Virus record (IMG/VR): IMGVR_UViG_3300037483_000264
Span: 1 to 50,206 of that record
Reading direction: 5' to 3' (one strand)
DNA: 50,206 nt
Origin: a virus
Lineage: Duplodnaviria; Caudoviricetes
Positions 10,690-19,663 of this stretch are shown piece after piece. Position 1 is the first letter of the stretch. Each line of letters opens with the position of its first letter. The notes beneath the pieces are model-generated. The model ran no database searches, had not been told where the DNA came from, and was given only the letters and a program-made list of their open reading frames with translations. Both the position numbers and the translations under genes were made by a program.

Positions 10690-11817
10690 ATGGCCTACGG
10701 TGCACTCGAAGACCTGACCAAGGCGATGGCCTGCCGTGCGCGCGGTGAGAAGGTGCTCGAGACGCGCGAGCTGCGCCGCGAGGCGGACTACCTCACCGCC
10801 GCGATCAAGAGCGACTCGTGGGTTTTCGGTCCGGCGGGCAGCAAGAACACACCAGTGATCGCCGCGGCCGCCCTCGCGCTCTGGCTGGTCATCGCAAAGA
10901 TGTGCGAGCGCGAAGCGACGCAAGGGCTCTTCGGCCTCGAGCACGGCGCGCCGACGGGTTTCTACTTTGGCGAGCCGATCACGGCGAAGATGCTCACCCT
11001 CCGTGAGCTGCTCATCCTGGGCAAGCAGGCTGAGGCGCTTCAGGTCGCGCGCGCGCTGCGCGCTGCTTGGGCATGGGATGCGCTAACCGCGTTCCCGGTT
11101 GGCCGGCTGCGCGACCGCGTGTTGATCGCGGACCGCGAACGCACCAGTGAGACTCCCGCGCTGTGCAATGGGCTGACCGTCGCGGTGGCTGGGAATCGGT
11201 GGACGCCGCGCGATCGCGACGGGGCCGATATCGGCCCGACCTCAGAAGACGCGCACTCGGCGCTATCGGCCGCTGCGCTCGACTGGCAGCCGCGGGCGGG
11301 TCGCGCGAAGCAGTTCAAGGGCGCGCTGGCCGCAATTCTCGGGGTGCATGACTACACCGCCAGCACGCCGGCCGCGCTGTGGGGCCTGACCGACGAGGAG
11401 CGCACCATCCTGACGCGGGTCGTGCAGGGCGACGTCGCCGCCGCTCGCGAGGCTTCGACGTGGATCTTCGGCTGCAAGCCCGCGCGACCTCCGGCGGATC
11501 CGGATCCCTGGCGCTTCCGCCTGCGCCGCACGACCGAAGGCGTCGAATCGATCTTCTTCGGCCCCTGGCCTAACCCCAACAAGCCGGCGCGCGCTGCGAC
11601 GCAGGTACTAGCGGATGGCAGCTGGATCGGATTGCAGCCCTCGCACAACAAGGATGATCCAGCCCAGGGCTACCACGTCGAGCTCCGCGACGGCCAGATC
11701 GTCGCGAGCAGCGACCAGTCCAATGGCGCGCACTCGATCCCCGAGCTCGGCGGCGCGTTGCTCTGGCAGGTCGACGTCGTCGGGCTCGACGTCTCGTTTA
11801 CAGGGGGTGTCGCGTGA
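10690..11817 (+). CDS. Hypothetical protein, 375 aa
   Basis: GGAGG RBS; tightly packed, stop overlaps the next start; no family recognised. Confidence 0.7.
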   Translation: MAYGALEDLTKAMACRARGEKVLETRELRREADYLTAAIKSDSWVFGPAGSKNTPVIAAAALALWLVIAKMCEREATQGLFGLEHGAPTGFYFGEPITAKMLTLRELLILGKQAEALQVARALRAAWAWDALTAFPVGRLRDRVLIADRERTSETPALCNGLTVAVAGNRWTPRDRDGADIGPTSEDAHSALSAAALDWQPRAGRAKQFKGALAAILGVHDYTASTPAALWGLTDEERTILTRVVQGDVAAAREASTWIFGCKPARPPADPDPWRFRLRRTTEGVESIFFGPWPNPNKPARAATQVLADGSWIGLQPSHNKDDPAQGYHVELRDGQIVASSDQSNGAHSIPELGGALLWQVDVVGLDVSFTGGVA

Positions 11818-12242
11818 GCCCGTACACCGTTGGCGTCGTCCGGCGCTGGTTCACGGAGCGGTCCACGGTGGGCGAGCTCTTGGTGCCGGGCATCACGGTG
11901 GCGCTGTTCGTCCTCGAGGACCCGGTGCGTGAGGGGCCGAAGATCTCCGGCGAGACGGCGATCCCGCCGGGCGACTACCGGATGACGCTCTACCAGTCGC
12001 CGAAGTTCGGGCGGCTGGTGCTGCTGCTCCACGGCGTGCCGGGATTCAGCTCGATCGAGTTTCACCCCGGCAACGCGCCGACCGACACCCGCGGCTGCAT
12101 CCTGCCGGGCATGGGCCGAGCCCAGGACCGCGTCGTCGGCTCGCGGATCGCCATGGACCTGCTGATGGCGCGTTGCGAGTGGGAGGCGAGCCGGGGCCGC
12201 GAGTTGCGGGCCCTGATCGAGAACGGCCAGGCGACCACCTGA
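11814..12242 (+). CDS. DUF5675-family putative endolysin
   Basis: Motifs STVGEL, LEDP, TAIPPGDY, SPKFG, HPGN...DTRGCILPG. Confidence 0.85.
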   Translation: MSPYTVGVVRRWFTERSTVGELLVPGITVALFVLEDPVREGPKISGETAIPPGDYRMTLYQSPKFGRLVLLLHGVPGFSSIEFHPGNAPTDTRGCILPGMGRAQDRVVGSRIAMDLLMARCEWEASRGRELRALIENGQATT

Positions 12243-12252
12243 AAGGAGACCC

Positions 12253-13332
12253 ATGCACCAATCGCCCGCATCGCCGCAACCCTGGTACACGAGCCGAGGC
12301 CTCTGGACCGGTATCGGTCTTGTGGTCAGCAACCTGCTCGTCCTGTTCGGCGCCGCCGGGGTCATCCACCTGACACCAGAGCTGACGACGGCGGTTGTCG
12401 CGACCTGGAACTCTATCCTCGGGCTGGCCGCGATCGTCTTTCGCTGGCAGGCCCAGGCGCCGCTCGCCACGAAGCGGAAAATGCGCGAGTTCGTCGCACC
12501 GGTCCTCCTGCTGTTCCTGGTCTTTTCGGCTGCGGCCTACGCCGAGAAACAGCCGAACGCGCGCCGCGAGTGCATCGGGCGCGAGCTCGCCGCCGCTGAG
12601 CGCGCCGGCGGCTCGACGGCGGACTACGACGCCGCGTTGTACCGGTGCCTCGCCGAGCGCCAAGCTGCACCGCCACGGTCGCCCGCTGGCGCAGTCACGA
12701 AGCGCGCAGGGCTCGCCGCCACCGCCGAGGTGCAGCGCTACCAGGGATCGATCGACGAAGTTGGCTACCACCCGCCGGCGAACGTCTGGATCACCTGGTC
12801 GCTGGGCTGGAGCAACCCGGAATTCCCGGCGGTTCGAAAGCGGCTAACTCCGGCGGTCGCCTACACGCGCGGCGATGACGCCAGCTACTTCGGAAGGTAC
12901 GCAGAGGGCGACGCGAATGGCGTGCGCGGTAAGGCGATGGTGCCGTGCCGCGACCACGACGCTTGCGGCATGGCGGCCGTCATCCTGCACGATCTAATGA
13001 GCCGCTGGCCAACAGAGCAGGAGACGAAGGATTTTGCGGTGAGCAACTTCGCGGAGCCGGCGACCTGTGCAGACGGGATCGGGATCCTCGGCTACCCGAT
13101 CTGCGACGAGCCACCCCCACCCCCACCCTGTGGCGACGGTCGCTGCAGCGCCGGCGGCGGCGAGGACTGCATGAGCTGTCCGGCGGACTGCGGCGCCTGC
13201 CCCCCGGAGCCGCCGGTGCCGCCAGACGATTCGAGTGAGGGCGGCTGCCTCGAGGTCGTCGAGGGTCGGCCATTCGTCCCGTCGCGCGATAGCGCCGGGC
13301 GCCTCAATCTGTGCCTGCGGCCGCTGCCGTGA
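12253..13332 (+). CDS. Holin-like N-terminus fused to a signal-peptide-bearing Cys-rich domain
   Basis: AAGGAG RBS; PWYTSRGLW plus two TM helices; internal MREFVAPVLLLFLVFSAAAYA; C-terminal CGDGRC...EDCMSCPADCGAC. Confidence 0.65.
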   Translation: MHQSPASPQPWYTSRGLWTGIGLVVSNLLVLFGAAGVIHLTPELTTAVVATWNSILGLAAIVFRWQAQAPLATKRKMREFVAPVLLLFLVFSAAAYAEKQPNARRECIGRELAAAERAGGSTADYDAALYRCLAERQAAPPRSPAGAVTKRAGLAATAEVQRYQGSIDEVGYHPPANVWITWSLGWSNPEFPAVRKRLTPAVAYTRGDDASYFGRYAEGDANGVRGKAMVPCRDHDACGMAAVILHDLMSRWPTEQETKDFAVSNFAEPATCADGIGILGYPICDEPPPPPPCGDGRCSAGGGEDCMSCPADCGACPPEPPVPPDDSSEGGCLEVVEGRPFVPSRDSAGRLNLCLRPLP

Positions 13333-13346
13333 TTGTGAGGCCTGAA

Positions 13347-13778
13347 ATGTCCAAGCGAATGTCCCGCCCCCGCTCCGCGCTGCTCGCGCTGCTCGCCGTC
13401 GTGATGCTGGCGGCAGGCCCCTGTGGCAGCGCACCTCCGCCGGCGAACCTCTCGCCAGGCCAGGCGGCCTGGGAGCGGTGGTCGCCCCGCCTGACCAACG
13501 CCATCACCACGCGCGTGCTGGCCGTCGAGTCTGCCGCGCGCCTCCACCTGCGGCACCAGATCACCGACGACGAATGGCGGCGAGTCGCCAAGGTGACCGA
13601 CGGCGCCAAGGTGGCGCTCGATGCCGCCGTCGTCGCCCTGTGGAGCTACTCGGGCGACCCGAGCACCGGCATCGTTCCGCCCGAGGTGAGCGCCGCCGAG
13701 GCCGCCGCCGAGGCCGTTGCCGTCATGGTGGCCGGCCTCGCTGCAGTCGCGCCGGCTGACCCAGGAGGTGCGCCATGA
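13347..13778 (+). CDS. Exported or possible lipoprotein (spanin-position gene)
   Basis: Basic N-terminus, hydrophobic stretch, then LAAGPC (non-canonical lipobox); follows the holin. Confidence 0.5.
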   Translation: MSKRMSRPRSALLALLAVVMLAAGPCGSAPPPANLSPGQAAWERWSPRLTNAITTRVLAVESAARLHLRHQITDDEWRRVAKVTDGAKVALDAAVVALWSYSGDPSTGIVPPEVSAAEAAAEAVAVMVAGLAAVAPADPGGAP

Positions 13779-14011
13779 ACGCACGCGATGCCCTCGGCTC
13801 GCCGGTCGGCAAGGAGCTGACTTCGACGCTGGTGCAGGTCGGCATGCAGTACTTCGTTTCGTGGTTGCGGTCGCGGCACGCGGACCCCGACGGGCTCACC
13901 GCCGAGGAGATCGCGGCCGAGGCCAAGGCGATGCTGGCCGCCAACGCCGAGACGGCTGAGCAGATCCACGACCGGATCGAGCGCGAGGAGTTCAGCCCGA
14001 CCGAGGGCTAG
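13775..14011 (+). CDS. Small hypothetical protein, last gene of the late operon
   Basis: ATGA overlap with the previous gene; AGGAGG RBS. Confidence 0.65.
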   Translation: MNARDALGSPVGKELTSTLVQVGMQYFVSWLRSRHADPDGLTAEEIAAEAKAMLAANAETAEQIHDRIEREEFSPTEG

Positions 14012-14023
14012 AAAGTCCGGTCT

Positions 14024-14043
14024 GTGCCCAAGCCGCGCCCAAA
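14024..14043 (+). promoter_or_regulatory. Possible integrase arm-type sites
   Basis: Direct repeat gtgcccaa / gcgcccaa about 50 bp from the att core. Confidence 0.4.
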
Positions 14044-14054
14044 TCGCGGCGCGT

Positions 14055-14330
14055 CTATCGTTCGCTCTGGCCGTAAGTGTTTGATTCGCTTGGAGCCGAC
14101 GCCCGGGATTGAACCGGGGACCTACTGATTACGAAGCGATCGCACCCCAGGTTGTGGGGCGTGCCGGGGTGTCGCATTGCATCGCTGATCTGAGGCAGGA
14201 TAGGGCTCCGCTCGCGACCGGTGATCTTGACCGGAGCGGGAAAGCCCTCGGCGCGCCGGAGCCGGTAGACCGTGCTCCGATGGACGCCGAGCAGATCGCA
14301 GACGTCGCTGATCGAAAGGGCTCGGGTCAT
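14055..14330 (-). CDS. AlpA/excisionase-like HTH protein whose C-terminus runs through attP (possibly truncated)
   Basis: MTRALSISDVCDLLGVHRSTVYRLRRAEGFPAPVKITGR is AlpA-like; the usual W-containing end motif is missing. Confidence 0.7.
   Translation of the reverse strand: MTRALSISDVCDLLGVHRSTVYRLRRAEGFPAPVKITGRERSPILPQISDAMRHPGTPHNLGCDRFVISRSPVQSRASAPSESNTYGQSER
14074..14086 (-). promoter_or_regulatory. IHF-binding consensus next to attP
   Basis: Minus strand AATCAAACACTTA matches WATCAANNNNTTR exactly. Confidence 0.65.
14091..14135 (-). mobile_element. attP core: 3' half of tRNA-Thr(CGT)
   Basis: Minus strand TTCGTAA-TCAGT-AGGTC-CCCGG TTCAATC CCGGG-CGTCGGC-T-CCA gives the anticodon loop, T-arm, acceptor strand and CCA. 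No 5' half or D-arm is present. Confidence 0.88.
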
Positions 14331-14785
14331 GGCTCCCTCAGAGAGGCCAGCCCGGTGCGCAACGCCGCCGCGGCCGCCGCCTGGATACTCGCCAGCCCGA
14401 GTCGCTCCCGCGTCTCCGCAAGCCAGCCCCACTCGTCGTCGAGCACGCGCACGGTCAACCGCCGGAGCTGGTCGCTCGGCCGCGGCTTACGGGGCTTACG
14501 CTTGGGCTTTAGATTCCTGCGGCGCCAGGCCAGGTATCGGCAGTGCTCGGAGCAGTAGAGGCGCGGGCGGCGCGGCTTGCGGAGTTTTCGGGTCGGAACG
14601 ATAGGCGCCCCGCAGAACGTGCAGGGCGGCACCGCGACCGGATTCTCGTCTGTGTTCGTTACAACGGTATGCGCGCCAACCTGCGGCTCGCCGGCGGGCT
14701 CCTGGTGACTCCCAGAAGGCGCTGATTCGGACCCGGCGGCCGCGGGCCCCAGGATGCGGCGGCACTCGTCGAGAGGGAGGATCAC
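14327..14785 (-). CDS. Zinc-finger DNA-binding protein
   Basis: CTFCG...RLYCSEHCR; basic; overlaps both neighbouring genes by 4 nt. Confidence 0.6.
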   Translation of the reverse strand: MILPLDECRRILGPAAAGSESAPSGSHQEPAGEPQVGAHTVVTNTDENPVAVPPCTFCGAPIVPTRKLRKPRRPRLYCSEHCRYLAWRRRNLKPKRKPRKPRPSDQLRRLTVRVLDDEWGWLAETRERLGLASIQAAAAAALRTGLASLREP

Positions 14786-16590
14786 GCGAGGACCTTCTGC
14801 CGAGTCAGCTCGGCGATCCGCGCCTCGGCGATTGCGGCGTATTCGGGCGACAGTTCAATGCCAACGACGTCATCCCAACCCGCCAGGCGGGCACCGATCA
14901 TTTCGGAGCCGGAGCCCGAGAACGGCACGAGCAGGCGCCGCGGCGTTTCGCGGGCCGGCGGCAGGATCAGCGTCGCGAGCCATCGGCAGAGGTCGATCGG
15001 CTTGACCGTCGGATGGTGGTTACGAACGACAGGATGGTTTGTCGGCCGATCGGGCCGTGTTTCCTCGCCTCGCATGGCCCCACCTACCGCCTCGCGCAGC
15101 CCAGCCTCGCGCTCGCTGCGGCTCGCCTTCGCGGTGTAGAAGAAGCGGGAGGCGCCGCCGCCACCATCCGGGTAGTCGAACGGCGTGCGGTTGTTGCCAA
15201 CGCCGAGGCCCATAGAATTGCTCTGGTACTTCCCGGGCGGCACCGGAGACGGGCTGACAAACCCAGGCGCGTGGAGGAAGCCGCTCTGCTCGTCAAGCAT
15301 CCGCACCGGGCAGCCCTCGACGCACTCCCAGGCCGGGACGGTTTCAGTGCCGTCGGCGTCAGCGAACCCGGCAGCCGGCCTTGGTCGGCTGTCGGACCCC
15401 AGGACTGAGTTCTTTCGGCCGCTCGGATGCCCACCGAAGTTGGTCGATGCGACCCTCCGCGTCCCGATCTCCCGGCACTCCGGCAGGTGCGATAGCACCA
15501 CGTTCGCCGGCCAGCGGCCATGGCCGTCATCTTCGACTCGACCCTGCGGCGCGATCGGCGAGTAGCGCCCATTGGAACCGCCGGCGCCTCGCGTGGTTGC
15601 GGGCTTCGCACCGGAGATCCGGCACCCATCGACGTTCAGTCCCGCGACTCCGTGCGCGAGAGCGCTTTGCGCGAACGTCCCGTCGATAGGCTTCATCGCC
15701 AGGACGATCGGCTCGAAGGCAGGCTTCAGCGCGGTGCCGTAGCCCTCGAATCCGACAACGCCGCCGCACGTCTCGCAACGGCTTCCGCGCGCTTGTGCTC
15801 TCCGTTGGACGCGAACAGCTCCAGATTTTCCGGTCGGTTGTCGCGTGGGTTGTGGTTCCGGTGGTGAACCGCCTCCGTCCGCAAGAGGGGCCGTCCGGCC
15901 ATCTTTGCCATCGCCAGCCGGTGCTCCATCACGTAGCCGTCCGCCCTCGCCATCTCCAGGAACTCCGGCGGACACCGGACGTAGCGCGGACCGATGTAGT
16001 TCCCCTTCGGCCGCTTGTACGTCACCCCGCCCTTCCATGCAAAGTTGGCCGCTCCCATGCGACCCGCCGCCGGCGGCAGCGTTCCCTTCGGATTCGCGAA
16101 CGCATGAAAGCGGAGCGTTTCCCTGTAGCGCATCTTTCCCGCGCATCGTCGGGAGCAGGTCGGCGCCTTCACCCTCCGCAACGTCCTCGGAAACGCCAGG
16201 AACGGAGACCCGCACTCCGCGCAGTTGATTTCGACCATTCTCCGCCTCACACCGACAACCGAAGTTGTGCGATTTCGGAAACCCTTGTCCATGCAAGAAC
16301 ATCAGGCAGTCGCGGATCTCGAACCCCGCGTCCTCGATCGCCACCATCAGGCGGTGGTGAGTCCGCGTCCCGCCGAACGCGAGGAGCGGAGCGCCGGGCT
16401 TCAGCGCGGCGAGCACCAGCGCCCACGTCTCCGCGCCCGGTACGCCGTGATCCCACGCCTTGCCCATGAACGACAGCCCGTAGGGCGGATCACAGAGGCA
16501 GGCGTCGAAGCCGGCGCCGTCGAGCGTCGGCAGAATCTCGGTCACGTCGCCGACCAGCGCCGTCACGCCAATTCCATCTGCGCGCTTCAT
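14782..16590 (-). CDS. DNA N6-adenine/N4-cytosine methyltransferase (beta order), 602 aa, with large insertions
   Basis: DPPY, GFPKSHN, GTALKPAFEP, GRWPANV, ASRFFY, HPTVKP, PFSGSGS. Confidence 0.92.
   Translation of the reverse strand: MKRADGIGVTALVGDVTEILPTLDGAGFDACLCDPPYGLSFMGKAWDHGVPGAETWALVLAALKPGAPLLAFGGTRTHHRLMVAIEDAGFEIRDCLMFLHGQGFPKSHNFGCRCEAENGRNQLRGVRVSVPGVSEDVAEGEGADLLPTMRGKDALQGNAPLSCVRESEGNAAAGGGSHGSGQLCMEGRGDVQAAEGELHRSALRPVSAGVPGDGEGGRLRDGAPAGDGKDGRTAPLADGGGSPPEPQPTRQPTGKSGAVRVQRRAQARGSRCETCGGVVGFEGYGTALKPAFEPIVLAMKPIDGTFAQSALAHGVAGLNVDGCRISGAKPATTRGAGGSNGRYSPIAPQGRVEDDGHGRWPANVVLSHLPECREIGTRRVASTNFGGHPSGRKNSVLGSDSRPRPAAGFADADGTETVPAWECVEGCPVRMLDEQSGFLHAPGFVSPSPVPPGKYQSNSMGLGVGNNRTPFDYPDGGGGASRFFYTAKASRSEREAGLREAVGGAMRGEETRPDRPTNHPVVRNHHPTVKPIDLCRWLATLILPPARETPRRLLVPFSGSGSEMIGARLAGWDDVVGIELSPEYAAIAEARIAELTRQKVLA
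15726..16238 (-). CDS. HNH endonuclease nested in the +1 frame of the methyltransferase, 170 aa
   Basis: GAGGCGGAGA before the ATG; CAECG...CSRRC; NFAWKGG; GYVMEHRLAM; VHHRNHNPRDNRPENLEL. Confidence 0.88.
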   Translation of the reverse strand: MVEINCAECGSPFLAFPRTLRRVKAPTCSRRCAGKMRYRETLRFHAFANPKGTLPPAAGRMGAANFAWKGGVTYKRPKGNYIGPRYVRCPPEFLEMARADGYVMEHRLAMAKMAGRPLLRTEAVHHRNHNPRDNRPENLELFASNGEHKRAEAVARRAAALSDSRATAPR

Positions 16591-16769
16591 GTTTCCACCG
16601 GCGGCGTGAGCCCAGCCAACCGGGCAATCTCATCCGCGTAGGGCGCGTAGTGCTCTTTCCAGCCGCAGCCGTACTCGACCTCAGCCCACCAGCTCCCATC
16701 TCTCCAGATCACGCGCGCGCGATCGCCGTTCGCGAGTATCCAGCGGTGCTCGTGCCGCGGCTCACTCAC
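16587..16769 (-). CDS. Small hypothetical protein
   Basis: GTG start overlapping the upstream stop; fills the gap in the operon exactly. Confidence 0.6.
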   Translation of the reverse strand: MSEPRHEHRWILANGDRARVIWRDGSWWAEVEYGCGWKEHYAPYADEIARLAGLTPPVET

Positions 16770-17248
16770 GTCGCCGACTCCCGCCTCGCGCGCGCCAGCG
16801 GTGTCTCGACGATCTGCACGCCAGCGATGAGCAGCTCGGCGCGCACTTCCTCGATCGACCGCACCACGCGGTGGCGATGGCCGAGGAGTTCGAGTCGGTT
16901 CGCAACGATCAGCTGCTCTCGCGAGAGCTTGCCGCCGGTCGGGTCCTTCAGCTCGATGTTGACGACGCGGCCGCCGCCGACCCAGAACAGCAGGTCGGGC
17001 GCACCCGCTAGCACGCCCTGGCGGTACTGGAGGATCGCGTCTGCGCGGTCGCGGCGCTCGTTGCCGAGGTGTGTCCAGAGGATCGCCGCGCCGCCCATCG
17101 TGAGCGTGCACTCCCGCAGCCAGTCGACGACCTCGATCTGCAGTCGCCGCTCGCGCTGGTCGAGCGGCTTGCGCGCTGGCGCGGCGCTGCCCTGGCCCAT
17201 CTCCTGGCGGTACTGCGCGGCGGTCAGGCGCTCGGTGACGTCGGCCAC
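16766..17248 (-). CDS. VRR-NUC domain nuclease (probable resolvase)
   Basis: ERRLQ...HLGNE...GVLAGAPDL...IELK..GGKLSREQ. Confidence 0.85.
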   Translation of the reverse strand: MADVTERLTAAQYRQEMGQGSAAPARKPLDQRERRLQIEVVDWLRECTLTMGGAAILWTHLGNERRDRADAILQYRQGVLAGAPDLLFWVGGGRVVNIELKDPTGGKLSREQLIVANRLELLGHRHRVVRSIEEVRAELLIAGVQIVETPLARARRESAT

Positions 17249-17250
17249 GG

Positions 17251-18429
17251 CTAGGTGCCCTTCTCCTTGGTCATCGGCTGGCGCATGTTCGCCTCGAGGA
17301 AGTCGGCCGCGGCGCTGTAGGCCCGATTGAATTCGCGGTCGCTCTCCCTCGCTGGTGAGTTTCCGGCAGCGCGCGTGAGATCGCCCATAAGTTCGATCGC
17401 TCGACGGAGCCGATCCTCGACAGAGCACGCGCATGGTGGAATCGGCTGCCACCGGTCGGGATCTGAGCAGTGGCACGTCACGGCCTCGCCTCCTCCGCGC
17501 TCGCCGTCTCGGCGGGCTCCACCTGGTCGCTGGTATCCATCGGGCCGTAGCCGCACTCCTCACAACAGACGTGGTGCCCCATGTCGGGCTGCTCATTCCC
17601 GCACTCGGGACAGGTGACGTATCGGTCTTCTGGCTCGTCTTTCACTTCCCCTCCTTCCCCGTCTCGTCGGGCGCGTGGCGGCGCTCGAACTCCGCGCGGG
17701 TGGTTGGCATCCAACCAGACACGAGGCAGTCGGCAATCACGGCCACCGGATGCAAGCCGCGCCCTTGCTCGTCGAGATCCTCGATCGCTGATCCGCACTC
17801 GCAGCACACGATGGCGGTCAGCCGCGCCCGCTCGTCCAGGCGCGCCGCGTCCTCGCGCTCGGTGGCGTAGCGCTCCATCGCCGGTAGCAGCCAAGCTGGG
17901 AAGCCGTTTCGGTCGCGTTCGTTGAACGGGAATCCGCGCATCGTGGCGCAAGCGTGCAGCGCGATCTCTTCGGCCCTGCTCCGGTCGGTCATGGCTTCCT
18001 CTCCGCGCCGAGCGCGGCGTCGAGCAGCGCGCCAAATGCTGATTCAAAGTCCCTGAGCAACGAAACATGGTGCTTGTCTCGATCTAACACCACGCGGACC
18101 TCTGGAACCAACCACAACAACTTCTTCGCCGCCGACACCAGCGCGGCGTTCTCCGCGTCCCGCTGCGCGAGCTGCCGTCGCAGGTGCGGCACGCACGAGC
18201 AGTGCTTCTCGTCGGGCGCACACTCCTCGCTCACCACGCGCCGGAAGTCGTCCGCGTAGTCCTCGTAGTCGGCGATCTTCTCCTTCGCCGCCGCCAGCTC
18301 GGCGCGCAGGGCGAGGATCTCGTCTGCCATGCGCTCTACCGTCTCGCCCTCCATGTAAGCAATTCCGGCTCGGCTTGCTGCCACGATGATTCGCAACGAA
18401 AGCTCGCGAAGTTGCTCCTCGACAATCAT
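17251..18429 (-). CDS. Four small coupled hypothetical genes (17251-17481, 17478-17645, 17642-17992, 17989-18429), several with Cys/Zn motifs
   Basis: Consecutive 4-nt stop/start overlaps; CPECG, CCECG and CSC motifs. Confidence 0.6.
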
Positions 18430-18589
18430 GGCGTCACCTCAGAATGTCGCCTTCGGATAAGCGCTGCGTGCGAGTGATTGCGAGGAAGTGGAAGCGAGAA
18501 CCGGTCCCCAGCGGGCCGTTTTCGCAGCCCAGAGATTCGATCGGGTCGCCACACTCCTACAAACAAAACCGCCAACCGGGTAGCCCATG

Positions 18590-19144
18590 TCAGTAGTCTC
18601 CTTCTATGTGATTGGCAACTTGGTCGCGCGCCTGGCCAAGAAGGATGACCGCCTGGGTTAAGGCCGGGTTGGCTCCCAACTGCTCAACCGCCGCGATCGC
18701 GGCCGTGATCTGCAGCTCCACCACACTCATAATCGAGAGATCGCAGCGGCTCGGTATTCCATCTGCGCGGAAGTGCGGCCTTGGCTCCGCCTCCTTCTCG
18801 TGGTCTGTCCCGATGTGCTGCTCGGCATCGTCGGCACACTGGCATTCGTCGGAGCCGATGATCCCGCCGCAGTCGTCGCAGTAGGTGTCTGGCTCTCGCT
18901 CGTCATCTGCGGGCGTGTTCGTCTGCCGTTCGTCTACCAGATTCCGCAGGTCTTCGGCCAGCTTCTTGAAGCCAGCCGCCTCGCACGAATCGGCATAGGT
19001 CAACAAGGCTGGCATCGCGTGCGGATCGTGGTCGCAATCGAGCACGAAGTAGAAACAGCCGTAGTGCTTCTTCCCGGATTCGGATTGGCCGTCAGCCCGC
19101 GCCACCATGAACTTGTCGTAGACACCCCTGTTCTTGTCGCTCAT
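18590..19144 (-). CDS. Phage hypothetical protein
   Basis: GGAAG/GGGG RBS; YDKFMVARADG...YFVLD..HDPHA.PAL..YA is a motif common in phage early genes. Confidence 0.65.
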   Translation of the reverse strand: MSDKNRGVYDKFMVARADGQSESGKKHYGCFYFVLDCDHDPHAMPALLTYADSCEAAGFKKLAEDLRNLVDERQTNTPADDEREPDTYCDDCGGIIGSDECQCADDAEQHIGTDHEKEAEPRPHFRADGIPSRCDLSIMSVVELQITAAIAAVEQLGANPALTQAVILLGQARDQVANHIEGDY

Positions 19145-19663
19145 CACTTCCCCCCCCTCGCCAGCGCCCGCACGACGGCGGGATCGTGTAGCGCCCACTG
19201 AGCGGCAAACTTCAGGAGTATCCAGAGGGCTTCACGCGGTTCTCCGTGCTTGATGTTCAACAGGGCTGCGTTGACATTGCGAATCGCGCTCTCCGCCTCG
19301 CGCAGCTCCCCTTGCAGCCGCGCGATCTCGGCGTCGCGGGAGCGGTCGCCGGCCAGATAGCCAGTGAACCGCGCCAAGTTCATGCCCGCGTACCCCGCGG
19401 TCAGTCCGCACTTCAAGTCTCCTGTGAAGAGATGTTTGCCATTGGCGGTTTCGTTCGTCCACGCCAGCGCCCGCTCTCTCCGCGCCTGCTCGGGGTCACT
19501 CACGCTCCACCTCCCAGGCATCGACCGTCGCACTCTTCCGCTCACCGTTGCTCCACCATGCCGCCTGGTAACGCCACAGACCCAATCCCCAGTGCTCGGC
19601 ACACGACACGATGGCCGAAATCTCGCCGCCGGCCAGCTTTTCGATCGACGTCGAGCCGCTCAC
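19144..19663 (-). CDS. Two small hypothetical genes (19144-19503, 19496-19663)
   Basis: GTG starts overlapping the neighbouring stops. Confidence 0.5.

Noticed and set aside
14091-14170. Complete phage-encoded tRNA-Thr
   Set aside because: No 5' acceptor strand (GCCGACG), D-arm or 5' anticodon stem is present; only the att-type 3' half.
15766-16257. Intein in the methyltransferase
   Set aside because: The insert lacks a terminal His-Asn followed by C/S/T, the HN in KSHN is a methyltransferase motif, and the endonuclease is in another frame.
18430-18590. Small gene in the gap between early ORFs
   Set aside because: It looks like a possibly frameshifted CxxC remnant, but the evidence is too weak to call.
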